This document shows positions 27,841-37,515 of a DNA stretch of 64,000 bases, piece by piece. The stretch is from a virus (Duplodnaviria > Caudoviricetes). The position numbers were made by a program, and so were the translations under genes. The stretch covers positions 171,654-235,653 of IMG/VR virus record IMGVR_UViG_3300021431_004524, one strand, 5' to 3'. Position 1 is the first letter of the stretch. The number at the start of each line of letters is the position of its first letter. A model generated the notes under the pieces. It had not been told where the DNA came from, made no database searches, and worked only from the letters and a program-made list of their open reading frames with translations.

Positions 27841-27856
27841 ATTTTTAACTTTTTTT

Positions 27857-28393
27857 TTAGAATGGCAAATCATCCGTATCGTCATTGCCGTCCGTTGGCG
27901 GTGCAGCAGGTGCAGGCGCGGCTGTCTTTGCCGTAATCGGTGTTGTTGTCGGATTACGTGGCGTTGTCTTCTTTGCTGTTTGTGTTGTGTTTGCAGCGGC
28001 CTGCGGTGCTTGTGGTGCTGTTGTCGTTGTGGTGTTGTTGTTGGCAGTGCCCTCGGCATTCTGCGGATTACCGAAATTATTGTCAAACATAATATCATTG
28101 GCAGTTACCTCAAGTCCTGCTTCGGGCTTATTGGTCTGTGTACTGATATACGGACTTGCTTTCAAGTCACCAATTACCTCAATGGACTTACCCTTTGTCA
28201 GATATTGGGCAAGTTTTGCATGATTTGGATTAAATGAAGTTACACGGAACCAATATGTCTCACGTCCGTTGTTCTCAGCACTACCGGTATATTCGTTATT
28301 ACCTACACGGAATTCAATAAACGGTGTACCATTCTTTGTTACTTTCTGCTCTGCATTTGCGGCCAAACGGCCTGATAGAAATAATTTTCTCAT
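27857..28393 (-). CDS. ssb: Single-stranded DNA-binding protein
   Basis: OB fold (LSGRL, WFRV, YLTKG), T/A/P-rich linker, C-terminal DDLPF. Confidence 0.9.
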   Translation of the reverse strand: MRKLFLSGRLAANAEQKVTKNGTPFIEFRVGNNEYTGSAENNGRETYWFRVTSFNPNHAKLAQYLTKGKSIEVIGDLKASPYISTQTNKPEAGLEVTANDIMFDNNFGNPQNAEGTANNNTTTTTAPQAPQAAANTTQTAKKTTPRNPTTTPITAKTAAPAPAAPPTDGNDDTDDLPF

Positions 28394-28493
28394 TTTTGTT
28401 TAAATTTAATTAAATTTTACATATTTTTTTAACTCTGTTGCAAATATACTACAATTTCTTTAAAGTATGAAATATAAAACTGTTAAAATTTGT

Positions 28494-30158
28494 TTATTTT
28501 GTATTTAAAACACTAACTTTACTGTGATTATATACTATAATACCACCATTTGTGAATGATATGTTATAGTTATCCAATCCGGTTGTTTCGAAAGATACTA
28601 CCTCATTAAGTGTTTCCTTATCCAAGAAATGAAGTTTATCGTCATTATATAGTATGATGAATCTGTCATTGGATGAATATGGGTAAACATCGTCAATTTC
28701 CTTAGTTTTCATATCTCCGTACTTGTTGATAGTAAATAGGTAGTGTTTAACCTTATTTTTATTGTTTACGGTATATATACCGGTATTTTGGTTCTGTATT
28801 ACATCAACAATTTTCTCATTTATAATATATGAAGATAACTTATTGTTTGAATTATAGAAAATAACCGAATTTTTACCAAGTACCTCATGTAAGCCATTGA
28901 TTTTAATAAATGACTTGTGATATACGTTAGTTACGGTATATTTCACGTTATTAGCGTATATCTCGTCAAGATAGACAGTATACATCTTATCATCCTTTGT
29001 AATTACAATAAGGATATTCTCATATTGCTTGGCACAATGGACGTTTGTAAGTTGCAATGAGGTTATTTCCTCGAACTGCTTGCTTGAAGTGTTATAATGT
29101 CTTAGATGCCCATATCTGAGAGAATATATGTTCTTATCAGTCAGTATGAGGTTTTCAGACTTATCCACGACACCGTAATTCATGATAATACCTTTACCAT
29201 CTGCTGAATAAAGACGTTTCTCTGTATCTGTAATAACAGCGATATATCTGTTCGATGAAATAACGTTTTTGACATTTCCACTGAACAGTTCCTTGATAAG
29301 AAGTTCATTAGACATGACAATTGCATCGAATTTAACGGTATCGACGTGTTTGCCGTTCATGTCTATAAGGAAACGCTTATTGAGTTGATATATCTCATAG
29401 AACATGTCCTTCAGTGCAGTATCGGATATGGGGGTATAGAACTTAGGCACCTTAATATTGCCAATTTCCTTTTCATTAAGAAGTGAAATATTGTTTATCT
29501 CCCTATCTTTCAACTTATCACGATATACGTTATGAATACCCTTATATGGGTGCATACCGGTGAATAGGTTGAATATCATCACGGATAATGCAAAATAATC
29601 TGAGTTTTCACTTACAGTTCCATTGAAATAGAAGTCACGTACCTCTTCCAAAAGTTTGTCATTATGCTTATAGGATTTTGTCTGATAAGAGTCTACATCA
29701 ATGAATTTAAGGTCAAGACGGTCATTGACCATGATATTGAATGGGTTAAGGTCTCCTATTACAATACCATTGTCATGTGCATTCTTAACACCTATGATTA
29801 GTTTTTCTGCAAGTTTCCTCTTATAGTCACTTGGAAGACCTCTTTTGTTTGCAAACATAGGAGAATATAGGGAATATATTGGATAATAGTCAGAAAGATT
29901 AAGTTCTTCCATAATATAACCATTATAATCCCCACTGACCGCAATTTGAGGCTTTACAAAGAGATTTCCATCAAGGGGTGATAACTCATCAATCTTTGTC
30001 TGAGAAAGTGCGTCAGAAGCCTTAAAATAGAGTTTTGCTACAAGTCCACTACCATTTGAACCGGAGATTGGATAAATTGTACCCTCGCCACCGCTTCCAA
30101 GACTGTGGTTTTCATTAATTTGGTATCTATGGCCCTTAGTATCCTGTATATTTATCAT
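28494..30158 (-). CDS. Ser/Thr protein kinase (YegI/TerY-P-like) with C-terminal beta-rich domain
   Basis: LGSGGEG, VAKLY, IGDLNPFN, IDVDSYQ, SDYFAL, GMHPY. Confidence 0.85.
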   Translation of the reverse strand: MINIQDTKGHRYQINENHSLGSGGEGTIYPISGSNGSGLVAKLYFKASDALSQTKIDELSPLDGNLFVKPQIAVSGDYNGYIMEELNLSDYYPIYSLYSPMFANKRGLPSDYKRKLAEKLIIGVKNAHDNGIVIGDLNPFNIMVNDRLDLKFIDVDSYQTKSYKHNDKLLEEVRDFYFNGTVSENSDYFALSVMIFNLFTGMHPYKGIHNVYRDKLKDREINNISLLNEKEIGNIKVPKFYTPISDTALKDMFYEIYQLNKRFLIDMNGKHVDTVKFDAIVMSNELLIKELFSGNVKNVISSNRYIAVITDTEKRLYSADGKGIIMNYGVVDKSENLILTDKNIYSLRYGHLRHYNTSSKQFEEITSLQLTNVHCAKQYENILIVITKDDKMYTVYLDEIYANNVKYTVTNVYHKSFIKINGLHEVLGKNSVIFYNSNNKLSSYIINEKIVDVIQNQNTGIYTVNNKNKVKHYLFTINKYGDMKTKEIDDVYPYSSNDRFIILYNDDKLHFLDKETLNEVVSFETTGLDNYNISFTNGGIIVYNHSKVSVLNTK

Positions 30159-30679
30159 AGTGTTGGAAAATTATTATTTACCTCAATTGCAGTAAGCAAT
30201 ACAGCGTTATATATTGCACTAGTGATGTTTTCATCACGATTATCTGAATTGAAATTACAGTTCATTATTTTAACCACATCAGGTAATTTCAGTTTTTTGT
30301 CAGTTTTAAGTGCAATTGCTATATAGATAGTACCGGGTTCGATACCATCTACAGCATCAGGTCCTGCAAGTCCAGTAATTCCAATGGAAACATCTGTATC
30401 GAACAATTTCATAGCACCGGTTGCCATTTCCAACGCAACGTTTGCACTAACAACATTAAAATCTTCAATTGTTGAATGCTTCACGCCAAGAAGTTTTTCT
30501 TTTGCTTCCGTCGCATATGTGATAACGCCACCGACTAAATATTTTGATGCACCAGGTACTGATGAAATCCTATTGGCAATTCCACCGGCGGTACAACTCT
30601 CTGCCGTAGCAATTGTCAACTTCTTTTCTGTTAATAACTTGGCAAGTGTTTCTTGCGGTCTGTTAAAATCAATATTCAT
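30155..30679 (-). CDS. pncC: CinA C-terminal domain / NMN deamidase
   Basis: ATAESCTAG, VPGAS, VVSANVALEMA, GITGLAGP. Confidence 0.88.
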   Translation of the reverse strand: MNIDFNRPQETLAKLLTEKKLTIATAESCTAGGIANRISSVPGASKYLVGGVITYATEAKEKLLGVKHSTIEDFNVVSANVALEMATGAMKLFDTDVSIGITGLAGPDAVDGIEPGTIYIAIALKTDKKLKLPDVVKIMNCNFNSDNRDENITSAIYNAVLLTAIEVNNNFPTL

Positions 30680-31749
30680 AATTTTATACCGTGCTTTTTA
30701 AGTTGCTTAATAACATCTTCAACGGTAATTAATGTAATGTTTTCCTTTTCGTCAAACTTAATACCGTACTTGTTTTCCAAATCCATCATTAAGCCGACAG
30801 TATCGAGACTATCGAACCATAAATCATTTACCAATGAACTTGAACGTCTGATGGGATACTTTTTATCGACATATTTCTTGAAAATATCTTCGAGTTCTGC
30901 CGGTACCGCCTCATCTGGTCGTACAGCATCGATGTCAAGGATTTTATCCAACGCTAAGAATCTCTCTTTACCTTCCTTACCCATAATTGGGAATGCGGGG
31001 TGAATATTCCATACGGTTCTATCATACTCAGTGTTAAGTTTTTCATTGAAATAATGCTCTTTTTCCCTATAGACAAATCTTCCGTACTTCTTACCGTCAT
31101 CATAGGTATTCCAATCGATACCCTTTTCGTCAAGAAGCAATTTAATTTGTTCATCGCTATCAAGTCCTTCCAACTGCTTATGCGAAAGCCATGTCTGTGC
31201 TGTCTGTTGCTTTGAATTACGAATACAATCTATTTGTCTCCACAGATAATAACTATATACATCATTGAAATTATCGACTGACCACGCCTTGCAATCAAAT
31301 TCAGCAAGTTTAAGGTCAAGAATCATCTGTTTCAAATCAGCATTTGAACAAGGTGTATCACAAAGGTCTGCAATTACCAATTGATTGAATTTTGCCGTTG
31401 CCATAGAAGGCACAATAGACAGAATCTTGGTAAGTCTGTTACCGAAAAACGAACAAGTTGTCTCATTGTCAAAATCAGTCAAGACAAACGTTATTTCATC
31501 ACTCTGTACATATGCGAATTTACAACCTTCTACATATCGGCAAACATATTTTGCAACCTCATTCATTATATTGATGAACTTATCATCAAACGGTTTTTCA
31601 TACTTGTTCTTGATAAGGCGCGAGAAGCAATGGCCGTCAATTGCTATCATTGTATACCCTTTTAACGGTAGTCTTAAATCGGTTTTTGCTCTTAATTCAG
31701 TCATTCTCTGTTTGAGAGACTTTTCCGTTGAATCCATCTTCTTTTCCAT
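30676..31749 (-). CDS. Thg1-like tRNA(His) guanylyltransferase (3'-5' polymerase) fused to a C-terminal acyl carrier protein domain
   Basis: IDGHCFS, YVQSDEI, FDCK, WRQIDCIRNS; ACP-like LWFDSLDTVGLMMDLENKYGIKF...TVEDVI. Confidence 0.85.
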   Translation of the reverse strand: MEKKMDSTEKSLKQRMTELRAKTDLRLPLKGYTMIAIDGHCFSRLIKNKYEKPFDDKFINIMNEVAKYVCRYVEGCKFAYVQSDEITFVLTDFDNETTCSFFGNRLTKILSIVPSMATAKFNQLVIADLCDTPCSNADLKQMILDLKLAEFDCKAWSVDNFNDVYSYYLWRQIDCIRNSKQQTAQTWLSHKQLEGLDSDEQIKLLLDEKGIDWNTYDDGKKYGRFVYREKEHYFNEKLNTEYDRTVWNIHPAFPIMGKEGKERFLALDKILDIDAVRPDEAVPAELEDIFKKYVDKKYPIRRSSSLVNDLWFDSLDTVGLMMDLENKYGIKFDEKENITLITVEDVIKQLKKHGIKL

Positions 31750-31882
31750 AATTGTTTAATATTTTTAACCATAATTCACAATACTTAATGTGCAATACAC
31801 TAAGACTGAGTTCTTATTATACCAGTTCTGATATAATTCCTTGAATTTTTGGCTCATTTATATCACATCGGGTATAAATCTT

Positions 31883-32260
31883 TTAATCATTATTCTTTAT
31901 TTCTATTAACACAAATTTATCACATAATTTCTCATAATATTTCACTGCCTCTTCATATGTGCCAAAATATTCTACATCATACTCGCCATCGATGTAGTGA
32001 ATGAGCACTCTTGGCGCATGGAACACCTTTCCATCCTCAATGATGTTTCCTTTTTCGATTAATTCCTTGGCCGTGAATGTTATTACGAAATCATCACCCA
32101 TATAGATGTCATCCTCATAGTATTTCTTCTTAAACCAGCCACTATAGTAAACCTCGCCTTTTTTATGGACTAATGAGAAATTCCACTCGTTTAGTTTTTT
32201 GTCGAATACTTCAAGTTTCTTAATCGAACTGAAATTAATTGATTTCCTTTCTTCTTTCAT
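31883..32260 (-). CDS. Hypothetical
   Basis: ORF within operon. Confidence 0.65.
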   Translation of the reverse strand: MKEERKSINFSSIKKLEVFDKKLNEWNFSLVHKKGEVYYSGWFKKKYYEDDIYMGDDFVITFTAKELIEKGNIIEDGKVFHAPRVLIHYIDGEYDVEYFGTYEEAVKYYEKLCDKFVLIEIKNND

Positions 32261-32262
32261 GA

Positions 32263-32670
32263 CTAATTTTGACCTAATAATGTTGGGTTAAATACTATAA
32301 TGTAGAATGTTATCAAAATCTGAATAATGTGGATAAGTTGGTCTGTCCAAAGGTTAATCTTAAATCTGTTTGCCTTGAGGTCATCCACATATGCATGAAC
32401 ACCTGCATTAATAATGAAGAATTTGATAAGTAGCCAATTAGGAACATCCATCAAGAACATTGGCGGAATCAATATCATAATTGACCATGTGAAACCATGC
32501 ATCAATAAGGCACTGATATAGTCACCTTGATAATTTTTGAAATCGACATTGTTTTTCTTACATTCCTCTACCCACCATGACTTACATTTCAGTTGAGAAA
32601 GACAAATTGGCTGGAGTACAAAGTCACATATAAGATGCATCCAACCCATTAATAAAATTGTTTTCACCAT
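32263..32670 (-). CDS. DUF3307-like membrane protein
   Basis: HLICDFVLQ, HAYVD, DQLIH; start moved downstream of the promoter at 32692-32723. Confidence 0.7.
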   Translation of the reverse strand: MVKTILLMGWMHLICDFVLQPICLSQLKCKSWWVEECKKNNVDFKNYQGDYISALLMHGFTWSIMILIPPMFLMDVPNWLLIKFFIINAGVHAYVDDLKANRFKINLWTDQLIHIIQILITFYIIVFNPTLLGQN

Positions 32671-32742
32671 ACTTTTTTCATCTTTATAGTGCAAAGTTAC
32701 TAAAAATTCGCGATAAAAACAAATATTTTATCTTAAACTTTG

Positions 32743-33546
32743 TTAATTTTTAATGTAAAAATCCTTTGCTTTAACTATTTCACCTATAAGGTGTTCATTA
32801 CCTTCAAATGGTATGCATTTCATTATACCTCTATCCATACCTATTAGATATACAATATCTTTAACGACCATACTTACGATACCTGGTTTCCAGCAGTCAT
32901 GTGAACCATCCCAATCAAGATACAATACCTTATCAAACGGTTTAAGTGACTCAACATTAAATAATTTATATTCTAATTTATACTTATTTAATTCTTCTTC
33001 GATTTTCTTGGCTTGTTCTATTTTTTCTATACCGGTTGGTACGAGGGTATTTGTATTTTTATCATATTCATAACCGTTATATAACAATCGGCAATTGAAA
33101 TCATTTTTCTCTTCCTGTGTTGCATAACGATAATACTTAACATACACTTCGTTATCTATTTTTCCTTTTTCATCATAAGCGGAAGCCAAGTATACCAAAG
33201 GAGTAAGTCTATAAAAAAGTAAAGTCTGTGCAGGACCATATTTGTCATCATTGTCTTTAACAATAATATCACCCGGTTTAAATAATTTTCTTTGCCACAT
33301 TTCCCAACTAAGAGATTCTTTAGACGGAAATAGCATACATTCACCATGTGTCGAGATAGTACCGTCTCTGAAGAATTTCTTCTCATTTCCTGAACGGCTT
33401 TTACAGCAAATCATTGGAGTTGCCTTACGATTTCTATCAATTGGGTCAACGGAAACCAATTTAATATCACCATACGCCGGTGAATATAAGTTCAAACCTT
33501 TTGGGGCATTTTCAAGAATTGCACCAATATCAATATGTTTATCCAT
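32743..33546 (-). CDS. Modular hypothetical (LYSP...CMLFPSK...RYATQEEK...LKPFDKVL...CIPFEGNEHL)
   Basis: 267-aa ORF. Confidence 0.7.
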   Translation of the reverse strand: MDKHIDIGAILENAPKGLNLYSPAYGDIKLVSVDPIDRNRKATPMICCKSRSGNEKKFFRDGTISTHGECMLFPSKESLSWEMWQRKLFKPGDIIVKDNDDKYGPAQTLLFYRLTPLVYLASAYDEKGKIDNEVYVKYYRYATQEEKNDFNCRLLYNGYEYDKNTNTLVPTGIEKIEQAKKIEEELNKYKLEYKLFNVESLKPFDKVLYLDWDGSHDCWKPGIVSMVVKDIVYLIGMDRGIMKCIPFEGNEHLIGEIVKAKDFYIKN

Positions 33547-33561
33547 ACTAATTAATATTTA

Positions 33562-34296
33562 TTAAATCATTATTACATTTCCTTCTTGATGATAGACAAA
33601 ACCATCGTCCAACATTTTCATCCATTCTTCCTTAGTTGCCTTGAAACTTGCAAAAGTACTTGCATTATCGGCGCACCATTCACACAATTCTTCAAATGTC
33701 GAGAATACAGGACTTATGGGACTACCTTCGGATGTTGTTTCCCAAAGTTGGTACCCATCACCGGTTGGCGGTTCTATCCATTCGTATTCATCATGAAGCT
33801 TCTTAATTTCCGGTGTCTGCCATACAACACCTTCACCTTCACAATGAGGGCAAAACAATTGATAACCATTACGCCTACAATATTCCTCTGTTAATTGCCA
33901 TTCTAACCTGTTATATGTTATGCGTTGGTTTTTTAGAATGTAATCTTTAATTTCCTCATAAGGCACAGGTTCATCATTTTCAAACAGGTCTTTTTTGAGT
34001 TCATCTTTAGAAAGAATGAAATCGTATTCCCAACGTTCCAAATTATATGGTTTTTCATTAGGATTATAATGACAACCTGTTCTATAAGGATGTGGTATAT
34101 AATTCTCATCACATTTAAAACCATACCAACGGTTTTGATATTCCGTTGCTTCCTTTGTCAGTCCATTACTATATCTTTCATCTTTATCATAGCAATACGG
34201 ACAATCTACACCTTTATACGGATTAATATATCCTTTCCATACTCTATGCCAAGGCCAATCAAAATCCATTGGCACTCTTTTTAACGTTCTTCCCAT
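33562..34296 (-). CDS. Zn-finger (CxxC pair) phage hypothetical
   Basis: CPYC, CPHCEGEG, YQLWETTSEGSPISPVF. Confidence 0.7.
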   Translation of the reverse strand: MGRTLKRVPMDFDWPWHRVWKGYINPYKGVDCPYCYDKDERYSNGLTKEATEYQNRWYGFKCDENYIPHPYRTGCHYNPNEKPYNLERWEYDFILSKDELKKDLFENDEPVPYEEIKDYILKNQRITYNRLEWQLTEEYCRRNGYQLFCPHCEGEGVVWQTPEIKKLHDEYEWIEPPTGDGYQLWETTSEGSPISPVFSTFEELCEWCADNASTFASFKATKEEWMKMLDDGFVYHQEGNVIMI

Positions 34297-34592
34297 AAAA
34301 TTACTAATTTCTTTCGTATACCTTATCCAAACCGTAGTCTTGATAATTCAAATCCCAATCTTTTTGATAATCGTACATAAAGACTTCAAAATCCTGTCTT
34401 CTATATACCATTTCCATGAAGAGTTCATCTGCTTTTTTTCTTGACTCTTTCATATGTGCCGGATGGTCACAAGTTGCATATTCAATGTAATCATCCACCA
34501 ATAGAAGCATTTTTTCTTTAAGGACTTCCAATGCCTTTAATCTTTCTTCCTTGGCATCAAGGCAATCCATAATCTTTATTTCTGTCATATTT

Positions 34593-35165
34593 TCATTTAA
34601 GTTCAATAATGTGTATACGATAACGACGTCTGGAATATTCATCAATTGGAGGACAATCTATAATGTGGTCTCCATATACAAATTCAGCATCGGTAGGTGC
34701 ATCTTTCTTTAAAGTGAATGCTAAATCAGTACTGAATGTACTTGTAACATTACTATTGGCTGTAATTGTATATTCCAATCTCTGAATATATTTCATTGGA
34801 ATTATCTCTGTGATTATTCTGTCATTTGTTTCTTCCGTATATACAATGTAGCCGTTTGCCCTATCCTTCAATATCATTGCCGTTATATCCAATAACTGTT
34901 TATCGCTCAAAGGTATGATGTTGCTGCATATATCGACATTCTTAAATGATATTTTGGTATCTACGAAATCAATATTAAGTTCACCAGAAGTAAGTGCATC
35001 GGAGACCTTATTTATTTCTTCCCTTAAATCATCATCTTTATGGTCTTCCTCGTATTCTTTCTGTCTTTCAATTTCGTTTTTCCTTAATTCCTCCTCCATC
35101 TCAATCTGATTCATTGTCTTGATACAGTTCTTATCAATCGTTATTGCCGGGTCTATATATGTCAT
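34593..35165 (-). CDS. Hypothetical
   Basis: Downstream of the promoter at 35209-35240. Confidence 0.6.
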   Translation of the reverse strand: MTYIDPAITIDKNCIKTMNQIEMEEELRKNEIERQKEYEEDHKDDDLREEINKVSDALTSGELNIDFVDTKISFKNVDICSNIIPLSDKQLLDITAMILKDRANGYIVYTEETNDRIITEIIPMKYIQRLEYTITANSNVTSTFSTDLAFTLKKDAPTDAEFVYGDHIIDCPPIDEYSRRRYRIHIIELK

Positions 35166-35402
35166 CTTATTTGTTCTTAATAAAGCATTATTTTATATAA
35201 ATACGGTGCAAATATACTACAAAAAAATAATAATGTCAAAAAAATAAAGTTAATTTATTTTAATTGAATTTATATTCATGGAATAATTCTACTTTTATAT
35301 CATGTTTCTCTACGAATTTACGCATTTGCTCTATAATGACATCCAAGGGTATTGAATGGTTATTATTACTTATCTTCAATAAATTGATGCGGTCTATAAT
35401 AA

Positions 35403-35666
35403 TCATTTTTCACTATATTCTTCGTCAGTTTTTTCACGCGCTTCTTCAAATGATAAACCGTCTTCATCCATAAGTTTCGCTACATATTTTCCTTTGTCTG
35501 TTAGGGTAAATGTAGCATCCGGGTCAGTGTCAAGTTCGATTTCATTGATTAAATCAACCAACTTATTTCCGTCACCATGTGGAATAAACTCATCATGTCC
35601 GGTATCTCCACATGTTAGGTGTATGCCTGACTTGAATAATTCTAAAATAATTGTTGCTTGTGCCAT
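35403..35666 (-). CDS. Hypothetical (LTDKGKY motif)
   Basis: Tandem paralog lies immediately upstream. Confidence 0.7.
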   Translation of the reverse strand: MAQATIILELFKSGIHLTCGDTGHDEFIPHGDGNKLVDLINEIELDTDPDATFTLTDKGKYVAKLMDEDGLSFEEAREKTDEEYSEK

Positions 35667-35668
35667 TT

Positions 35669-35827
35669 TTATGATTTAAATTCTTTTTCAGTTCGTTCTA
35701 CGGCTTCTTCAAATGGCAATCCTTCATTATCCAAAAGGTTTGCTAAATATTTACCTTTTTCTGTAAGTTTCCACGTAGAATCCGGTCCGGATTTATATAT
35801 ATCAAGTGTTATAGTTGGTTGCTTCAT
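35669..35827 (-). CDS. 52-aa paralog of 35403 lacking its central 34 aa (not in ORF track)
   Basis: MKQPTITLDIYKSG-PDSTWKLTEKGKYLANLLDNEGLPFEEA. Confidence 0.65.
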   Translation of the reverse strand: MKQPTITLDIYKSGPDSTWKLTEKGKYLANLLDNEGLPFEEAVERTEKEFKS

Positions 35828-36306
35828 GCTATGTTTTCAAATTCTTTCTCTCTGTTTTTAAATTTCTCTCGTAAACGAATATATTGCTTATATTCATATT
35901 CCTCATGTCGACGATTATCATCCTCAATAAGTTTTTGTGCTTCCTCCATTGTCAGTTCCCACAAGCCAAGTTTTATGCGGTTTTCAATCAATGGGTCAAA
36001 TCTAAGTTCACCATCCACTACGCTAATATGACAGTCGAAATTACCACTATTATAGCATTTGGGGTTAATCACACATGAATTTGTCAATATAGGTCTGCGT
36101 TCAGATTCATGGTCATCTGAATCATCATCAATTTCAAACGCTACATATGTCTTATCAGTAAAGGTGATAATCAGTTCATTCATGTCGTAATTGTTTCTAT
36201 CATTAGCGAGAGAAATTTTATCTACGACTTTACCTTTAAGAATGTCATAATCGTTTTTATAATTGCTTCTGATTCCAATCTGTTTATATTCATAATTCTT
36301 TTTCAT
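35824..36306 (-). CDS. Hypothetical
   Basis: 160-aa ORF. Confidence 0.65.
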   Translation of the reverse strand: MKKNYEYKQIGIRSNYKNDYDILKGKVVDKISLANDRNNYDMNELIITFTDKTYVAFEIDDDSDDHESERRPILTNSCVINPKCYNSGNFDCHISVVDGELRFDPLIENRIKLGLWELTMEEAQKLIEDDNRRHEEYEYKQYIRLREKFKNREKEFENIA

Positions 36307-36364
36307 ATTTTTTATTTGATGTTAATTGATTGTTTATACTTTAGAAACATACGGTAAAAGTCAT

Positions 36365-36655
36365 CTATTCTTCTTTTCTCATACTGATGTTATCGTCATA
36401 TCTATTCTTTAACAAATTACTTTCCGCATTTGCGGTGTCGCCCCATGTTCCATCAAAATGTTGCAATTCTTCTCCAAATAACATACATTTGTTTGATAAG
36501 ATGAGTGCCATTGCGATTTCATTGTTAGTTGCTTCATTGATGTCGGCAGCAAGCCTAAGTATTTTAGACGTTATCGGCATGTCAAGCATATGCTTAAAAA
36601 AAGTATACGTTTGGTCTGTAAATCTGTTCAGTTGGTTTTCCTTATACTTTCTCAT
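36365..36655 (-). CDS. Hypothetical
   Basis: ORF within operon. Confidence 0.6.
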   Translation of the reverse strand: MRKYKENQLNRFTDQTYTFFKHMLDMPITSKILRLAADINEATNNEIAMALILSNKCMLFGEELQHFDGTWGDTANAESNLLKNRYDDNISMRKEE

Positions 36656-36669
36656 TACTTATTATATTT

Positions 36670-37515
36670 TTAAATTATTTTCTTACGTTTCTTTACATCT
36701 TTATCCTTACCGTTAGCAATATCTTCCCTTACCTTGGCAAGTCTGTCCTTAGAGAATTTCACTTGGTCTGCTGACAATTCGCAACCAATGCATATCATTG
36801 TATCTGCTTGGCAGAATTTCTCACATGCAATACCAGTTGTACCCGTTCCCATGAATGGGTCAAATACTATACTATTCTCAGTTGCATATATATTAAGTAA
36901 CTGCAAACACAAATCACTTGAATATGTGGCTTTATTCAAACTACAACTTCCATCATTGTTTGGTGCTTTTATAATATTGTATATGTTTTCATAATATTTT
37001 TGCCCTTTACTATTTTGTTTGGTTACTTTTTTATTAGCATTATATGTTTTATATTCACTTTTACGGCATAAGACAAAGATATTTTCAGTCAGCCTTGTTA
37101 ATTTGTTATGGCTGACATTCTGCGGGAGGGCAGATTTTTTTATCCATATAATATGGTCGGCAATCATAAAATTTGTTTTGTGCCTAATATTTTCAATAAG
37201 TTCCCACATGCAATCGGGATTTTCATTACTATAACTGATATTATATAATATCACACCATTTTCAATTAATATATTATCAATTTCATTGAGTATTTTACAT
37301 TGCCATTGACAATATTCTTCATTATCCATTGCATCATCATAACCATCATACATTGCATTATAAGTTTCCATTTGTTTCATTTTCTTATTAGAACTTGAAT
37401 GTCTACTTTTATTATAAGGCGGTGAGGTTAATACAAGGTCAATCTTCTTATTCTTTTCTTTAATTTTTTTAATTGTTTCTAAACAATCTTCATTTCTAAA
37501 ATTAACTTTGCACAT
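36670..37515 (-). CDS. Beta-class N4-cytosine/N6-adenine DNA methyltransferase
   Basis: Motif IV TSPPY at the N-terminus; motif I DPFMGTGTTG at the C-terminus. Confidence 0.88.
   Translation of the reverse strand: MCKVNFRNEDCLETIKKIKEKNKKIDLVLTSPPYNKSRHSSSNKKMKQMETYNAMYDGYDDAMDNEEYCQWQCKILNEIDNILIENGVILYNISYSNENPDCMWELIENIRHKTNFMIADHIIWIKKSALPQNVSHNKLTRLTENIFVLCRKSEYKTYNANKKVTKQNSKGQKYYENIYNIIKAPNNDGSCSLNKATYSSDLCLQLLNIYATENSIVFDPFMGTGTTGIACEKFCQADTMICIGCELSADQVKFSKDRLAKVREDIANGKDKDVKKRKKII

Noticed and set aside
27838-28237. Several overlapping ORFs and apparent short repeats
   Set aside because: Shadow frames of the low-complexity Thr/Ala/Pro linker of SSB
34304-34645. ORF start at 34645 overlapping the 34593 gene
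   Set aside because: The gene is probably real but likely starts at a downstream Met (about 34588); start is uncertain, so it was not listed as a feature
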